Source: Candidatus Saccharimonadota bacterium (GTDB lineage Bacteria > Patescibacteriota > Saccharimonadia > Saccharimonadales > Saccharimonadaceae). Taken from it: a DNA stretch of 32,000 nt. The stretch is taken from positions 600,001 through 632,000 of the forward strand of contig CP011211.1 of the NCBI GenBank assembly GCA_001029695.1, read 5' to 3'. The position numbers and the translations under genes were made by a program. This document shows, piece after piece, positions 1-7,277 of the stretch (positions within the stretch are counted from its first letter, which is position 1; the number at the start of each line of letters is the position of its first letter). Below the pieces are notes generated by a model that was given only the letters and a program-made list of their open reading frames with translations, searched no databases and was not told the DNA's origin.

Positions 1-169
1 TGGCAAGTGTGACGATTTCTTTATCAGCTCTTTCGTTCTCCGCAAACATCATTGCTAGTTTAAGGACACGGTCTACGTGATCTATATCGTGTCCGCTCTT
101 ATCTTTACCGAGAAGCTCTTTTACATCTTTGTGTATCGCAGAAATATCTATCATACTCTTACTTGTCAT
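1..169 (-). CDS. HD-domain phosphohydrolase, N-terminal part (gene runs off the window start)
   Basis: Not in the ORF track. Reverse translation from ATG 169 gives MTSKSMIDISAIHKDVKELLGKDKSGHDIDHVDRVLKLAMMFAENERADKEIVTLA. 'GHDIDHVDRV' fits the H..HD metal-site signature of the HD superfamily. A TATACT box (176-181, minus) lies 6 nt upstream of the ATG. Confidence 0.7.
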   Translation of the reverse strand, partial: MTSKSMIDISAIHKDVKELLGKDKSGHDIDHVDRVLKLAMMFAENERADKEIVTLA

Positions 170-260
170 GTCGTTAGTATATCAAAGTACTAGGGGGTGA
201 GGTCTTGAGCTGAAATGCCTAATAACGAGCGAAGAGTGACAGGTCAAGGACTAAAACTAG

Positions 261-656
261 CTATTTCAAGACATCGTACACCATGTGCATAAATGTGTCT
301 TTAGCGTTCTTTGACTTTTCGAGAAACGCGTGACGATCCAACCACACATACGATGAATGTTCCCAGCTCATCGTTATCTCAGGGCGTGATTTTACATTTG
401 AAACAAAAAGCGCATAGTGCGTACCATGACCCGAGTAGTCAGTGCCCGAGTATATTTCACGAACATCCTCTCGATCAATTATCACCCCTGATTCCTCCCG
501 AACCTCACGCAACATTGTTTCAACTGGCGTTTCTCCGTCCTCCAAAGTCCCACCCGGTAGATCTGGGTCCGCTCCAAATGCAGGATGGTCGCTGCGAAAC
601 ATGATTAGGTATTTATTGTCAGGATCAATCATGACCAGCTTAGCAACTTTTTTCAT
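261..656 (-). CDS. NUDIX hydrolase
   Basis: ORF 261..710 trimmed to ATG 656 (MKKVAKLVMIDP...), which has TATACT 7 nt upstream. Nudix box GGTLEDGETPVETMLREVREESG (GX5EX7REUXEEXGU). Confidence 0.85.
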   Translation of the reverse strand: MKKVAKLVMIDPDNKYLIMFRSDHPAFGADPDLPGGTLEDGETPVETMLREVREESGVIIDREDVREIYSGTDYSGHGTHYALFVSNVKSRPEITMSWEHSSYVWLDRHAFLEKSKNAKDTFMHMVYDVLK

Positions 657-691
657 TATCTCTAGTATAACAAAAAATCCACCATAAATAC

Positions 692-746
692 TTACTGGAC
701 TTCTGCTCAAATATCTTGTCTTGGCTCCGCTTACAGGTCACGGACT
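692..746. repeat. Intergenic mosaic repeat, copy 0 (partial: 3' half of H1 hairpin + CTTGGCTC + tail T2)
   Basis: The sequence is tacttactggacttctgctcaaatatcttgtCTTGGCTCcgCTTACAGGTCACGGA. The tail is near-identical to copy 5 (6540-6565) and related to copy 1 (3209-3232). Confidence 0.6.
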
Positions 747-768
747 TTATATAGCCAACAAACAGAGC

Positions 769-798
769 AAACCCAGTAGTTTGAGTGCATACTGGGCT
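769..798 (-). terminator. Hairpin (H1 type, CCCAGTA..TACTGGG) with T-rich 3' flank on the minus strand; probable clpB terminator
   Basis: On the minus strand the sequence is aagCCCAGTAtgcactcaaacTACTGGGtttgctctgtttgtt. The stem sequence family is the same as the hairpins at 3161-3189 and 3547-3583. Confidence 0.5.
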
Positions 799-936
799 TA
801 CTGTTCATATGTTGTACTGACTCAGGGTAGGGGCCTAAATCGAAAGTGCCAGTTCATTGATTTATTCATGCCGGAGCCCTCTACTTGATAGGGTGACTTT
901 TGGCTTGAGACTAGTCGACACTACTCACAAACCATC

Positions 937-3072
937 CTATTTTACTGTAAAGCTGAATGAACCTTTTGCGTAATCTACTTTTACCAACGAATCAGCCTGT
1001 ATTGACCCGTCAATAATTTTCTTAGCAAGTTCGTTCAGTATCCGTTTCTGAATAACCCGCTTTAACGGCCGGGCGCCAAATGCCGGATCATACCCTTCAT
1101 CCGCAAGTGCTTTTTTAGCATTATCTGAAAACTCGAGCTTAATGTCTTTCGACTTCTCGACTTCTTCCAGAAATGCCGCGAGTTGCATCTCGATAATATG
1201 CTGTATGTCGTTTTTGTCGATGCGATCAAATATGACTATATCATCAATACGGTTTATAAATTCAGGGCGGAAATTATGGCTTAACTCCTGCTGCAGACGA
1301 CTTTCCAAACTACTGAAATTTTTACCATCCCATTCCTGAATGTACTGCGAACCGATATTGCTGGTCATGATAATGATCGTATTTGAGAAATCGACCGTTC
1401 GGCCTTGACCATCCGTCAAACGGCCGTCATCAAGTACCTGCAACAATATATTAAATACATCCTGGTGAGCTTTTTCAATCTCATCAAGCAACACAATACT
1501 GTACGGGCGACGACGCACTGCTTCGGTGAGTTGACCACCTTGGTCGTAGCCGATGTATCCTGGCGGCGAACCTATCAGGCGCGACACGGCGTGCCGTTCC
1601 ATGTATTCGCTCATATCGATACGCGTGATAGCTCGCTCGTCGTCGAATAGCGCGACGGCAAGACTTTTGGCTAACTCGGTTTTACCGACGCCGGTCGGGC
1701 CAAGAAAGAGAAACGATCCAATCGGTCGGCGATAATCGCCAATACCAGCCCGCGAGCGGCGAATAGCATTTGCGACCGCTTCAACAGCGCGATTTTGGCC
1801 AATCACACGCTTATGCAAGTCATCTTCCAGATGAGCGAGCTTTTGAGTTTCGCTTTCTTTGAGCCGATCAACCGGAATACCCGTCCACCTCGACACCACA
1901 GCGGCGATATCGTCTGCCGTCACTTCATCGCGGAGCAGGCGCTGGTCGGCCGGTATCGTATTTATTTGGCGCCTGAGCTCGGTGAGATTTTGCTCGATTT
2001 CAGGAATCTCACCGTATTTAAGACGACTGGCGGTAGTAAGGTCGCTCTCGTTTTCGGCCATCTCGAGCTTGGTTCTGGCTGCTTCGAGTTTTTCACTTTC
2101 GACATTGAGCTTGTCTATCAAATTCTTTTCTTTTTGCCATTTCGCATCTAGCTCGTCAGCTTTAGCCTGAATAGTTTTGATTTCTTGCTCGATTTCGGCT
2201 TTTCGCGCTTTGGCGCTGTCGCTTTTATCTTTTTTGAGCGCCGTTTGTTCGATCTGCAGCTGCATGATTTTGCGGTTTAGCCGATCAAGTTCGATTGGCT
2301 TTGAATCAAGCTGCATCTTGAGCGCCGAAGTCGCCTCGTCGATAAGATCGACTGCTTTGTCAGGCAAAAAACGCTCGGTTATGTAGCGGTCACTAAGCCG
2401 TGCCGCCGCAATAATTGCTTCGTCCAGGATTTTTACACCGTGATGGACCTCATATTTTTCTTGCAGTCCACGGAGTATCGCGACAGTATTATCAAAATCG
2501 GGCTCACCCACATAGACAGGCTGCAACCGACGCTCGAGCGCAGCATCTTTTTCAATGTACTGGCGATATTCGTCTAGTGTTGTGGCGCCGATTAAATGCA
2601 GTTTACCGCGCGCCATCATCGGTTTGAGCATATTGGCAGCGTCGACGGCACCTTCAGCCTTGCCGGCCCCAACAAGCGTGTGTATCTCGTCAATGAATAA
2701 AATAATTTCTCCAGCAGCTTCTTCAATTTCTTTCAGAACCGACTGTAGGCGCTCTTCAAATTGTCCACGATATCCGGCACCAGCGAGCAGACTACTGATT
2801 TCAAGACCCACGACGCGCTTGTTTTTCAGACTTTGCGGCACGTCACCTTTGACGATACGCTGCGCCAAGCCCTCAACAATAGCCGTCTTACCGACACCCG
2901 GCTCACCGATCAGTACCGGGTTATTTTTACTCCGGCGAGACAACACCTGCATACATCGACGAATTTCTTCGTCGCGGCCGATGACTGGATCGAGCTTGCC
3001 GTCGCGCGCAAGCTGCGTAAAATCCTGACCAAATTGTTCGAGTGGTTTTTTCGTATTTTCCTGTGGCTGCAT
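937..3072 (-). CDS. clpB: ClpB-type Hsp100 disaggregase lacking the N-terminal domain
   Basis: ORF 937..3114 trimmed to ATG 3072, which has AGGAGG 8 nt upstream; codons further upstream overlap the promoter and CIRCE. There are two AAA+ modules ([16 protein letters not shown]) and a long coiled-coil middle domain, which indicates ClpB. The protein starts at ...[29 protein letters not shown], the NBD1 linker, so the ~145-aa N-domain is absent. Confidence 0.93.
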   Translation of the reverse strand: MQPQENTKKPLEQFGQDFTQLARDGKLDPVIGRDEEIRRCMQVLSRRSKNNPVLIGEPGVGKTAIVEGLAQRIVKGDVPQSLKNKRVVGLEISSLLAGAGYRGQFEERLQSVLKEIEEAAGEIILFIDEIHTLVGAGKAEGAVDAANMLKPMMARGKLHLIGATTLDEYRQYIEKDAALERRLQPVYVGEPDFDNTVAILRGLQEKYEVHHGVKILDEAIIAAARLSDRYITERFLPDKAVDLIDEATSALKMQLDSKPIELDRLNRKIMQLQIEQTALKKDKSDSAKARKAEIEQEIKTIQAKADELDAKWQKEKNLIDKLNVESEKLEAARTKLEMAENESDLTTASRLKYGEIPEIEQNLTELRRQINTIPADQRLLRDEVTADDIAAVVSRWTGIPVDRLKESETQKLAHLEDDLHKRVIGQNRAVEAVANAIRRSRAGIGDYRRPIGSFLFLGPTGVGKTELAKSLAVALFDDERAITRIDMSEYMERHAVSRLIGSPPGYIGYDQGGQLTEAVRRRPYSIVLLDEIEKAHQDVFNILLQVLDDGRLTDGQGRTVDFSNTIIIMTSNIGSQYIQEWDGKNFSSLESRLQQELSHNFRPEFINRIDDIVIFDRIDKNDIQHIIEMQLAAFLEEVEKSKDIKLEFSDNAKKALADEGYDPAFGARPLKRVIQKRILNELAKKIIDGSIQADSLVKVDYAKGSFSFTVK

Positions 3073-3096
3073 ATATCTATACCTCCTATAACTACT

Positions 3097-3125
3097 AGTA
3101 TAGTAAATTAGCACTCTCGATACAA
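3097..3125 (-). promoter_or_regulatory. sigma70-like clpB promoter (TTGTAT-17-TATACT)
   Basis: On the minus strand the sequence is cTTGTATcgagagtgctaatttacTATACTagtagttatAGGAGGtatagatatATG. The spacer overlaps the CIRCE element. Confidence 0.6.
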
Positions 3126-3134
3126 GAATGCTAA
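3108..3134. promoter_or_regulatory. CIRCE (HrcA operator) inverted repeat
   Basis: TTAGCACTC-tcgatacaa-GAATGCTAA compared with consensus TTAGCACTC-N9-GAGTGCTAA gives one mismatch. Confidence 0.8.
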
Positions 3135-3155
3135 TTAAGATGATTTAGTTGTTAT

Positions 3156-3232
3156 CAAAATACCCAGTAGCGTGAATGCTCACTGGGTACACTCTAAAAT
3201 ATGCGCTCTTGGCTCAACTTACGGGCCACAGA
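3156..3232. repeat. Intergenic mosaic repeat, copy 1 (H1 hairpin + CTTGGCTC + tail T2)
   Basis: The sequence is caaaaTACCCAGTagcgtgaatgctcACTGGGTAcactctaaaatatgcgctCTTGGCTCaaCTTACGGGCCACAGA. On the minus strand the hairpin is followed by TTTTG, making it a terminator for 3235..3528. Confidence 0.6.
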
Positions 3233-3234
3233 AT

Positions 3235-3528
3235 TTATGCGGATTTAGTAATCATTAAAATGCCGATAAAAATAATATACGTAATAAATGCTGAATATGC
3301 AAAAAATGCCGTCAACTTTCTGTGCTTTTTCATGCCCCATAGATAGCTTGCTATACTTAACAAAACCCAACATAAAGAGTGTCCGTATAAAAGGACTAGT
3401 TTTTGCATACCGCTTGCTTCAAGCACTTCGCCAGGTATTACTACGAAATATATTACAGCGATAATCAGTGCAATTATTGCACCGATATGTCCGTATAACA
3501 GGCGGTGCTTTTCAAGATAACTTCTCAT
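3235..3528 (-). CDS. Small integral membrane protein (about 3 TM), unknown function
   Basis: 97-aa ORF with hydrophobic segments IGAIIALIIAVIYFVVI, LCWVLLSIASYLW and AFITYIIFIGILMI. ATG 3528 has TATAAT (3535-3540) 6 nt upstream. Confidence 0.6.
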   Translation of the reverse strand: MRSYLEKHRLLYGHIGAIIALIIAVIYFVVIPGEVLEASGMQKLVLLYGHSLCWVLLSIASYLWGMKKHRKLTAFFAYSAFITYIIFIGILMITKSA

Positions 3529-3544
3529 GCTCCAATTATATATT

Positions 3545-3638
3545 AAAAGAAGTCCAGTAGCTTAGATGGATACTGGACTTCTTGTCACATATATACTCTT
3601 GGCTCACCGTGATAGAGCAAGTTATAACTGCTGTCAAG
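3545..3638. repeat. Intergenic mosaic repeat, copy 2 (H1 hairpin + CTTGGCTC + tail T1)
   Basis: A 13-bp stem pairs aagaagtccagta (3547-3559) with tactggacttctt (3571-3583). It is followed by cttgtcacatatatactCTTGGCTCACCGTGATAGAGCAAGTTATAACTGctgtcaag. The copy lies between divergent genes, so it is not needed as a terminator. Confidence 0.65.
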
Positions 3639-3661
3639 CAAGACTTTGGTACAATTAGATT

Positions 3662-4201
3662 ATGAAAATTACGTATTTCGTGCATTCAATTACTGAAGAT
3701 AACGAAAAGAGTCTTGCGACTGGATGGATGCAGGGCAAATTGTCTGAAGAAGGCATAAAGCGCGCCCTTGCATTAAGACCAGACTTAACAAGTCGAGACT
3801 TTGATGCAGTATTTAGCTCTGATCTAGAACGTGCGCTACAAAGCACGGAGCTATTTTTTGATAAAAAGTTTCCTCTATTCATTGACTGGAGACTCAGGGA
3901 ATGCAATTATGGGAAATTTGACGGACTACCAGCAAAACAATTCAAAAAAGATCGTGAGCAAGAATATATTCAGGGGGGATACCCATCCGGAGAAAGTTAT
4001 ATGGAAGTAGGGTCCCGTATGAAAAGTTTTCTATCAGACTTGAGCCGATTTAATTATGATCATATTGCAATTGTCGCCCATCAAGCCCCTCAGCTTGCTT
4101 TAGATGTGATTTTAAAAAATCAGACTTGGGAAGAAGCAATTGCAAGTGATTGGCGTAAATCGCAGTCATGGCAACCTGGATGGGAATATTTCCTAGACTA
4201 G
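3662..4201 (+). CDS. Histidine phosphatase superfamily (phosphoglycerate-mutase-like) protein
   Basis: The 179-aa ORF has an N-terminal YFVHSITEDN (a variant of the RHG motif lacking the Arg), SSDLERALQSTE, and a late VAHQAPQLAL. An extended -10, TGgTACAAT, lies 6 nt upstream of the ATG. Confidence 0.7.
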   Translation: MKITYFVHSITEDNEKSLATGWMQGKLSEEGIKRALALRPDLTSRDFDAVFSSDLERALQSTELFFDKKFPLFIDWRLRECNYGKFDGLPAKQFKKDREQEYIQGGYPSGESYMEVGSRMKSFLSDLSRFNYDHIAIVAHQAPQLALDVILKNQTWEEAIASDWRKSQSWQPGWEYFLD

Positions 4202-4207
4202 CCCGTC

Positions 4208-4318
4208 GGTTTCAATTCTACGTTGGGTATATAAAAAGTCAGAACCATTTTCACGGTTCTGACTTCGCCTGTTCCATCTTGGCTCACCACGATAGAGCAA
4301 ATCATAACTGTAATTAAG
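4208..4318. repeat. Intergenic mosaic repeat, copy 3 (module A + H2 hairpin + CTTGGCTC + tail T1)
   Basis: The sequence is GGTTTCAATTCTAcgttGGGTATATAAAAAGTCAGAACCATTTTCACGGTTCTGACTTcgcctgttccatCTTGGCTCACCACGATAGAGCAAATCATAACTGTAATTAAG. The stem pairs 4237-4246 with 4255-4264. On the minus strand it is followed by TTTTT. Confidence 0.8.
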
Positions 4319-4338
4319 AAAGATTGCGAGACTACGAT

Positions 4339-5379
4339 CTAGTAATCAAGGCGTACTTTCTTTGCGATCGTATCAATGCTTACTTTTCCACCCAGCGGCA
4401 TGACAACTTGAGGGTCGGTGTGTCCAAAATCTAGATTCTGAACGACTGGAATTGTGGGGTTATATTCCCTAACTACTTTCAGTATAGTTTCTCTTTGTTG
4501 CTTGCGGTATTTTGACTTTTCCTCTTTAGAATTCTGTTGATCAAACTCCCATGCCTTTGGCCTTCCTACTAAAACTGCCTGAAACCTATCAAACCAGCCT
4601 CTTTCGCCAAATCCAGTTAGTAAATATTCTACGATCCAATGCTCTGGAATGTCTTCCGCCGTTTCCAGTATCAACACAGTACCGTCAATGTCATCACTTG
4701 ATGGCAAATATTTGCCAGTTGATGCCTGGACTATTAGGCTTTCTACACAACCACCCCACAATATACCATCCACTTCACCTTCGCCATCCCAAAACAATCC
4801 TTCATTTTCTTCAAGTGGTCTCTGCTTGTCTAGGTTGTCTTTTTTAGACCAGTCCAGGCCTATATCGTTATATTTTAATGATGCCTTGAGTTCAAACTCA
4901 CCACCTTCGAAAAGTGCCCGTTTTACCGAACTAACCGTCATATCAAACATCTGTACGTTCATTCCGAATTGGTTCATAACTCCGCCACCGTAATAAGAGG
5001 GGATCCCTAATCCCCATAAAAAATTATGCAAGTGAGTATTGTCGCTATAGCCAAAGAATGGCTTAGGGTTGTCGGTAAACACTTTTGGATCAAGATACTT
5101 GATGAGCTTTATTTGGTCAGACCCACCAATAGAAGCAAAAATGGCTTTATTGTTTTTATCGGAAAAAGCATCCATCAGATCCTTTGCCCTATCTTCTAGA
5201 GAGGAGCCCATTTCTCTGGTTGTGGGATACTCTTTTGGAACAAGACCAAATTGCTCGCTAAGACGCTTCAGGCCAAGGTCTTGCACCCAAGGGAAAATCT
5301 CAGGCAGCCCCGCAGACGGAGAAATAACGGCGACCTGATCGCCTTTAGACAGTTTCTGTAACTTTACAAAATTCTTCAT
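4339..5379 (-). CDS. LD-carboxypeptidase / MccF-like S66 serine peptidase
   Basis: The 346-aa ORF has the nucleophile motif FFGYSDNTHL and C-terminal DFGHTDPQVVMPLG, as in the LdcA/MccF family. TATACT (5386-5391) lies 6 nt upstream of ATG 5379. Confidence 0.85.
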   Translation of the reverse strand: MKNFVKLQKLSKGDQVAVISPSAGLPEIFPWVQDLGLKRLSEQFGLVPKEYPTTREMGSSLEDRAKDLMDAFSDKNNKAIFASIGGSDQIKLIKYLDPKVFTDNPKPFFGYSDNTHLHNFLWGLGIPSYYGGGVMNQFGMNVQMFDMTVSSVKRALFEGGEFELKASLKYNDIGLDWSKKDNLDKQRPLEENEGLFWDGEGEVDGILWGGCVESLIVQASTGKYLPSSDDIDGTVLILETAEDIPEHWIVEYLLTGFGERGWFDRFQAVLVGRPKAWEFDQQNSKEEKSKYRKQQRETILKVVREYNPTIPVVQNLDFGHTDPQVVMPLGGKVSIDTIAKKVRLDY

Positions 5380-5412
5380 ATTTTGAGTATAACACCTATA
5401 AATTTACTGCTT

Positions 5413-5523
5413 GGTTTCAATTCTATTCAGGGCATACAAAAAGTCAGAACCATTTTCACAGTTCTGACTTTGTCTTTCTTGGCTTGGCTCACAACAATAG
5501 AGGAAGTTATAACTGTAATTAAG
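5413..5523. repeat. Intergenic mosaic repeat, copy 4 (module A + H2 hairpin + CTTGG-CTTGGCTC + tail T1)
   Basis: The sequence is GGTTTCAATTCTAttcaGGGCATACAAAAAGTCAGAACCATTTTCACAGTTCTGACTTtgtctttCTTGGCTTGGCTCACAACAATAGAGGAAGTTATAACTGTAATTAAG. Most positions are identical to copy 3 by eye. Confidence 0.8.
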
Positions 5524-5553
5524 CAGGATCTTATAGTTTCAGAACGGCGCTAA

Positions 5554-5805
5554 TTAACTGCCAGCCTCGGACTCCATCTTTTCAAGACGAGTGTAGTAGT
5601 CAGGGATTTCTTTAAGATGTGCCCAAGCAATTTTGCCGGTTAAAAGTGGATCGCTATTGGTAACGTTAGTTTCTGGGTCGTGTGATCCGTGCTCTAGTTC
5701 AATCGCTAATCCTTTGCGAAATTCCTCAAGATCAAACTTAGTAAAATCTACTCCGATTTGTTCGCCAATCTTCCTTGCGTCATCAGTGCCAAATTCATTT
5801 TTCAT
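5554..5805 (-). CDS. Small conserved protein of unknown function (resembles DUF5661-type proteins, from memory)
   Basis: The 83-aa ORF contains GLAIELEHGSHDPETNVTNSDPLLTGKIAWAHLKEIPDYYTRLEKME. TATACT (5812-5817) lies 6 nt upstream of ATG 5805. Confidence 0.65.
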   Translation of the reverse strand: MKNEFGTDDARKIGEQIGVDFTKFDLEEFRKGLAIELEHGSHDPETNVTNSDPLLTGKIAWAHLKEIPDYYTRLEKMESEAGS

Positions 5806-5851
5806 AACCTAAGTATATCATTTATATAAACCAAAGAGGTATACTTAGATT

Positions 5852-6340
5852 ATGATAAAAGTCCAAAAAGAATATTTACAAAGTGCTATGTTCGGGTTTA
5901 ACGATGCACTTGTATCAACCACTGGAGTTATTGTTGGAATTAGTACCGGCACAGGCAATAAGCAGGTGGTTATTTTGGCCGGAGTTGTCACAATATTAGT
6001 TGAGGCCCTTTCGATGGGATCTGGTCAATATTTGAGCTCCAAGTCCGCACATCAGCTAGATCGAAGCGATTCATTCAAAGTGCCGCTAATCAGCGGCTTA
6101 ATAATGTTCGGGGCATACTTTTTGGCTGGTTTGGTGCCACTTTTGTCAATCATAATTTTCCCCATGAGTTACTCAAGAGATATTGCAATTGTTGCGGCTT
6201 TAAGTTGTCTACTCGTACTCGGTTATGCAAAAGGTAGAATAGTTAAAGTTCCACCAATCAGGAGTGCCATGGAAGTATTAATAATTGGCGGTATTGCAAC
6301 AGCTATAGGTATAATAGCGGGCAATATTTTTTCCGTATAA
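5852..6340 (+). CDS. VIT1/CCC1-family iron/manganese transporter (membrane domain only)
   Basis: The 162-aa ORF contains MFGFNDALVSTTGVIVGIS, ALSMGSGQYLSSKS and several TM segments. TATACT (5840-5845) lies 6 nt upstream of the ATG. Confidence 0.75.
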   Translation: MIKVQKEYLQSAMFGFNDALVSTTGVIVGISTGTGNKQVVILAGVVTILVEALSMGSGQYLSSKSAHQLDRSDSFKVPLISGLIMFGAYFLAGLVPLLSIIIFPMSYSRDIAIVAALSCLLVLGYAKGRIVKVPPIRSAMEVLIIGGIATAIGIIAGNIFSV

Positions 6341-6469
6341 CCTGCTCGCCAGACAACCTGGCTAGTGTCTAGGACGCAGTGATGTCGGACATCAAAGCAT
6401 ACACAGTAGATATTAACTTGGGCGTTAAGGCAGGATTGTCTTTTGTGACAGAACAACGATCTTTGTTGC

Positions 6470-6565
6470 GGTTTCAGTTCTATTCTGGGTATACAAAAAG
6501 TCAGAACCATTTTCACAGTTCTGACTTTGTCTGTTCCAGCTTGGCTCCCCATACAGGTCACGGAA
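6470..6565. repeat. Intergenic mosaic repeat, copy 5 (module A + H2 hairpin + CTTGGCTC + tail T2)
   Basis: The sequence is GGTTTCAGTTCTAttctGGGTATACAAAAAGTCAGAACCATTTTCACAGTTCTGACTTtgtctgttccagCTTGGCTCcccaTACAGGTCACGGA. It sits in a 394-bp non-coding gap. Confidence 0.8.
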
Positions 6566-6598
6566 CAATCACATGGGTGGCAGGACACGAGATGAGAC

Positions 6599-6639
6599 AA
6601 ATGAGACACAAAACGCATGTTTTAGGGCGTGTCTCATTT
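6599..6639. other. Strong 11-bp stem hairpin preceded by tandem ATGAGACA(A/C)
   Basis: The stem pairs AAATGAGACAC (6599-6609) with GTGTCTCATTT (6629-6639) across a 19-nt loop. No gene is adjacent. Function is unknown (sRNA element or terminator). Confidence 0.4.
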
Positions 6640-6689
6640 TAAAGGAGTTTAACTAACAAATTCCAGATCTTGAATCAGGTTTTATAACT

Positions 6690-6715
6690 AAAAGGAGGCC
6701 TTAAGGCCTCCTTTT
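6690..6715. terminator. Bidirectional rho-independent terminator downstream of hsp20
   Basis: AAAAGGAGGCC-ttaa-GGCCTCCTTTT forms a perfect 11-bp stem with A and T tracts on both sides. Confidence 0.85.
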
Positions 6716-6734
6716 AGGTTAGAACACGCGACTG

Positions 6735-7160
6735 CTATTTCTTCTTCGACGAGATAGCAATTTTCTTTGGTTCAGGCAGTGGTATGAGCGGGACGCTCAC
6801 TTTTAGGACTCCGTCATCGAGGTGTGCTTCGACCTTGTCAGCATCAGCACGCTTTGGTAGCGCAATGCGGCGGTAGAAGCTACTTGAGCTTTCACGCACA
6901 ACGTATTGTTTGCCTTTATCTTCCTCTTTTTCGTGACGTTCGGCACTAATCACGAGTGTACCGTTCTCCACTTCGATATTGACATCTTTCTGCTCAAAAT
7001 TAGGCAGATGCGCCTCAACTACAAGGTTATTATCTTTAGTAAAGACGTCAGTCGTCGGAATGTTAACGCCTTTTAGGGGCGACATCCAGTCATCACCAAA
7101 GAATTGTTTTTGTAATGCAGAAAGTTCTGCAAACGGATCCCACTTTACAAGATTGCTCAT
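6735..7160 (-). CDS. Small heat-shock protein, Hsp20/alpha-crystallin family
   Basis: The 141-aa ORF has an alpha-crystallin domain (VVEAHLPNFEQKDVNIEVENGTLVISAER...FYRRIALPKRADADKVEAHLDDGVLKVSVP). An SD aaAGGAGAaaatt precedes the ATG. Confidence 0.92.
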   Translation of the reverse strand: MSNLVKWDPFAELSALQKQFFGDDWMSPLKGVNIPTTDVFTKDNNLVVEAHLPNFEQKDVNIEVENGTLVISAERHEKEEDKGKQYVVRESSSSFYRRIALPKRADADKVEAHLDDGVLKVSVPLIPLPEPKKIAISSKKK

Positions 7161-7221
7161 AATTTTCTCCTTTCATCACTGTTTTAATGGTTTCCAGAGA
7201 AGCATAAAAGCTTCTATTTAT

Positions 7222-7250
7222 AATGTAGCAAACTAGCGCTCTCATGTCAA
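7222..7250 (-). promoter_or_regulatory. sigma70-like hsp20 promoter (TTGACA-17-TACATT)
   Basis: On the minus strand the sequence is cTTGACAtgagagcgctagtttgcTACATTataaat. It overlaps the CIRCE element. Confidence 0.6.
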
Positions 7251-7259
7251 GAGTGCTAG
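7233..7259. promoter_or_regulatory. CIRCE-like (HrcA operator) inverted repeat
   Basis: CTAGCGCTC-tcatgtcaa-GAGTGCTAG compared with TTAGCACTC-N9-GAGTGCTAA shows the outer bases changed symmetrically (T->C and A->G). Confidence 0.7.
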
Positions 7260-7277
7260 TTTACGTAAACCTGATAA

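Noticed and set aside
1142-3111. Numerous plus-strand ORFs (e.g. 2555..3028 at 157 aa, 1795..2151, 2761..3111) inside clpB
   Set aside because: They lie antisense to a strongly supported 711-aa ClpB. Their composition is low-complexity and Ser/Arg/Leu-rich, typical of shadow frames, and they lack start signals.
3655-3906. Minus-strand 83-aa ORF
   Set aside because: It is antisense to the histidine-phosphatase gene, which has family motifs and a -10/ATG start signal.
6223-6642. ORFs 6223..6618 (-) of 131 aa and 6379..6642 (+) of 87 aa
   Set aside because: They overlap each other, the 3' end of the VIT gene, and repeat copy 5 with its hairpin. The sequence is Cys/His-rich and non-protein-like. 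The region is better explained as non-coding repeat or structured RNA.
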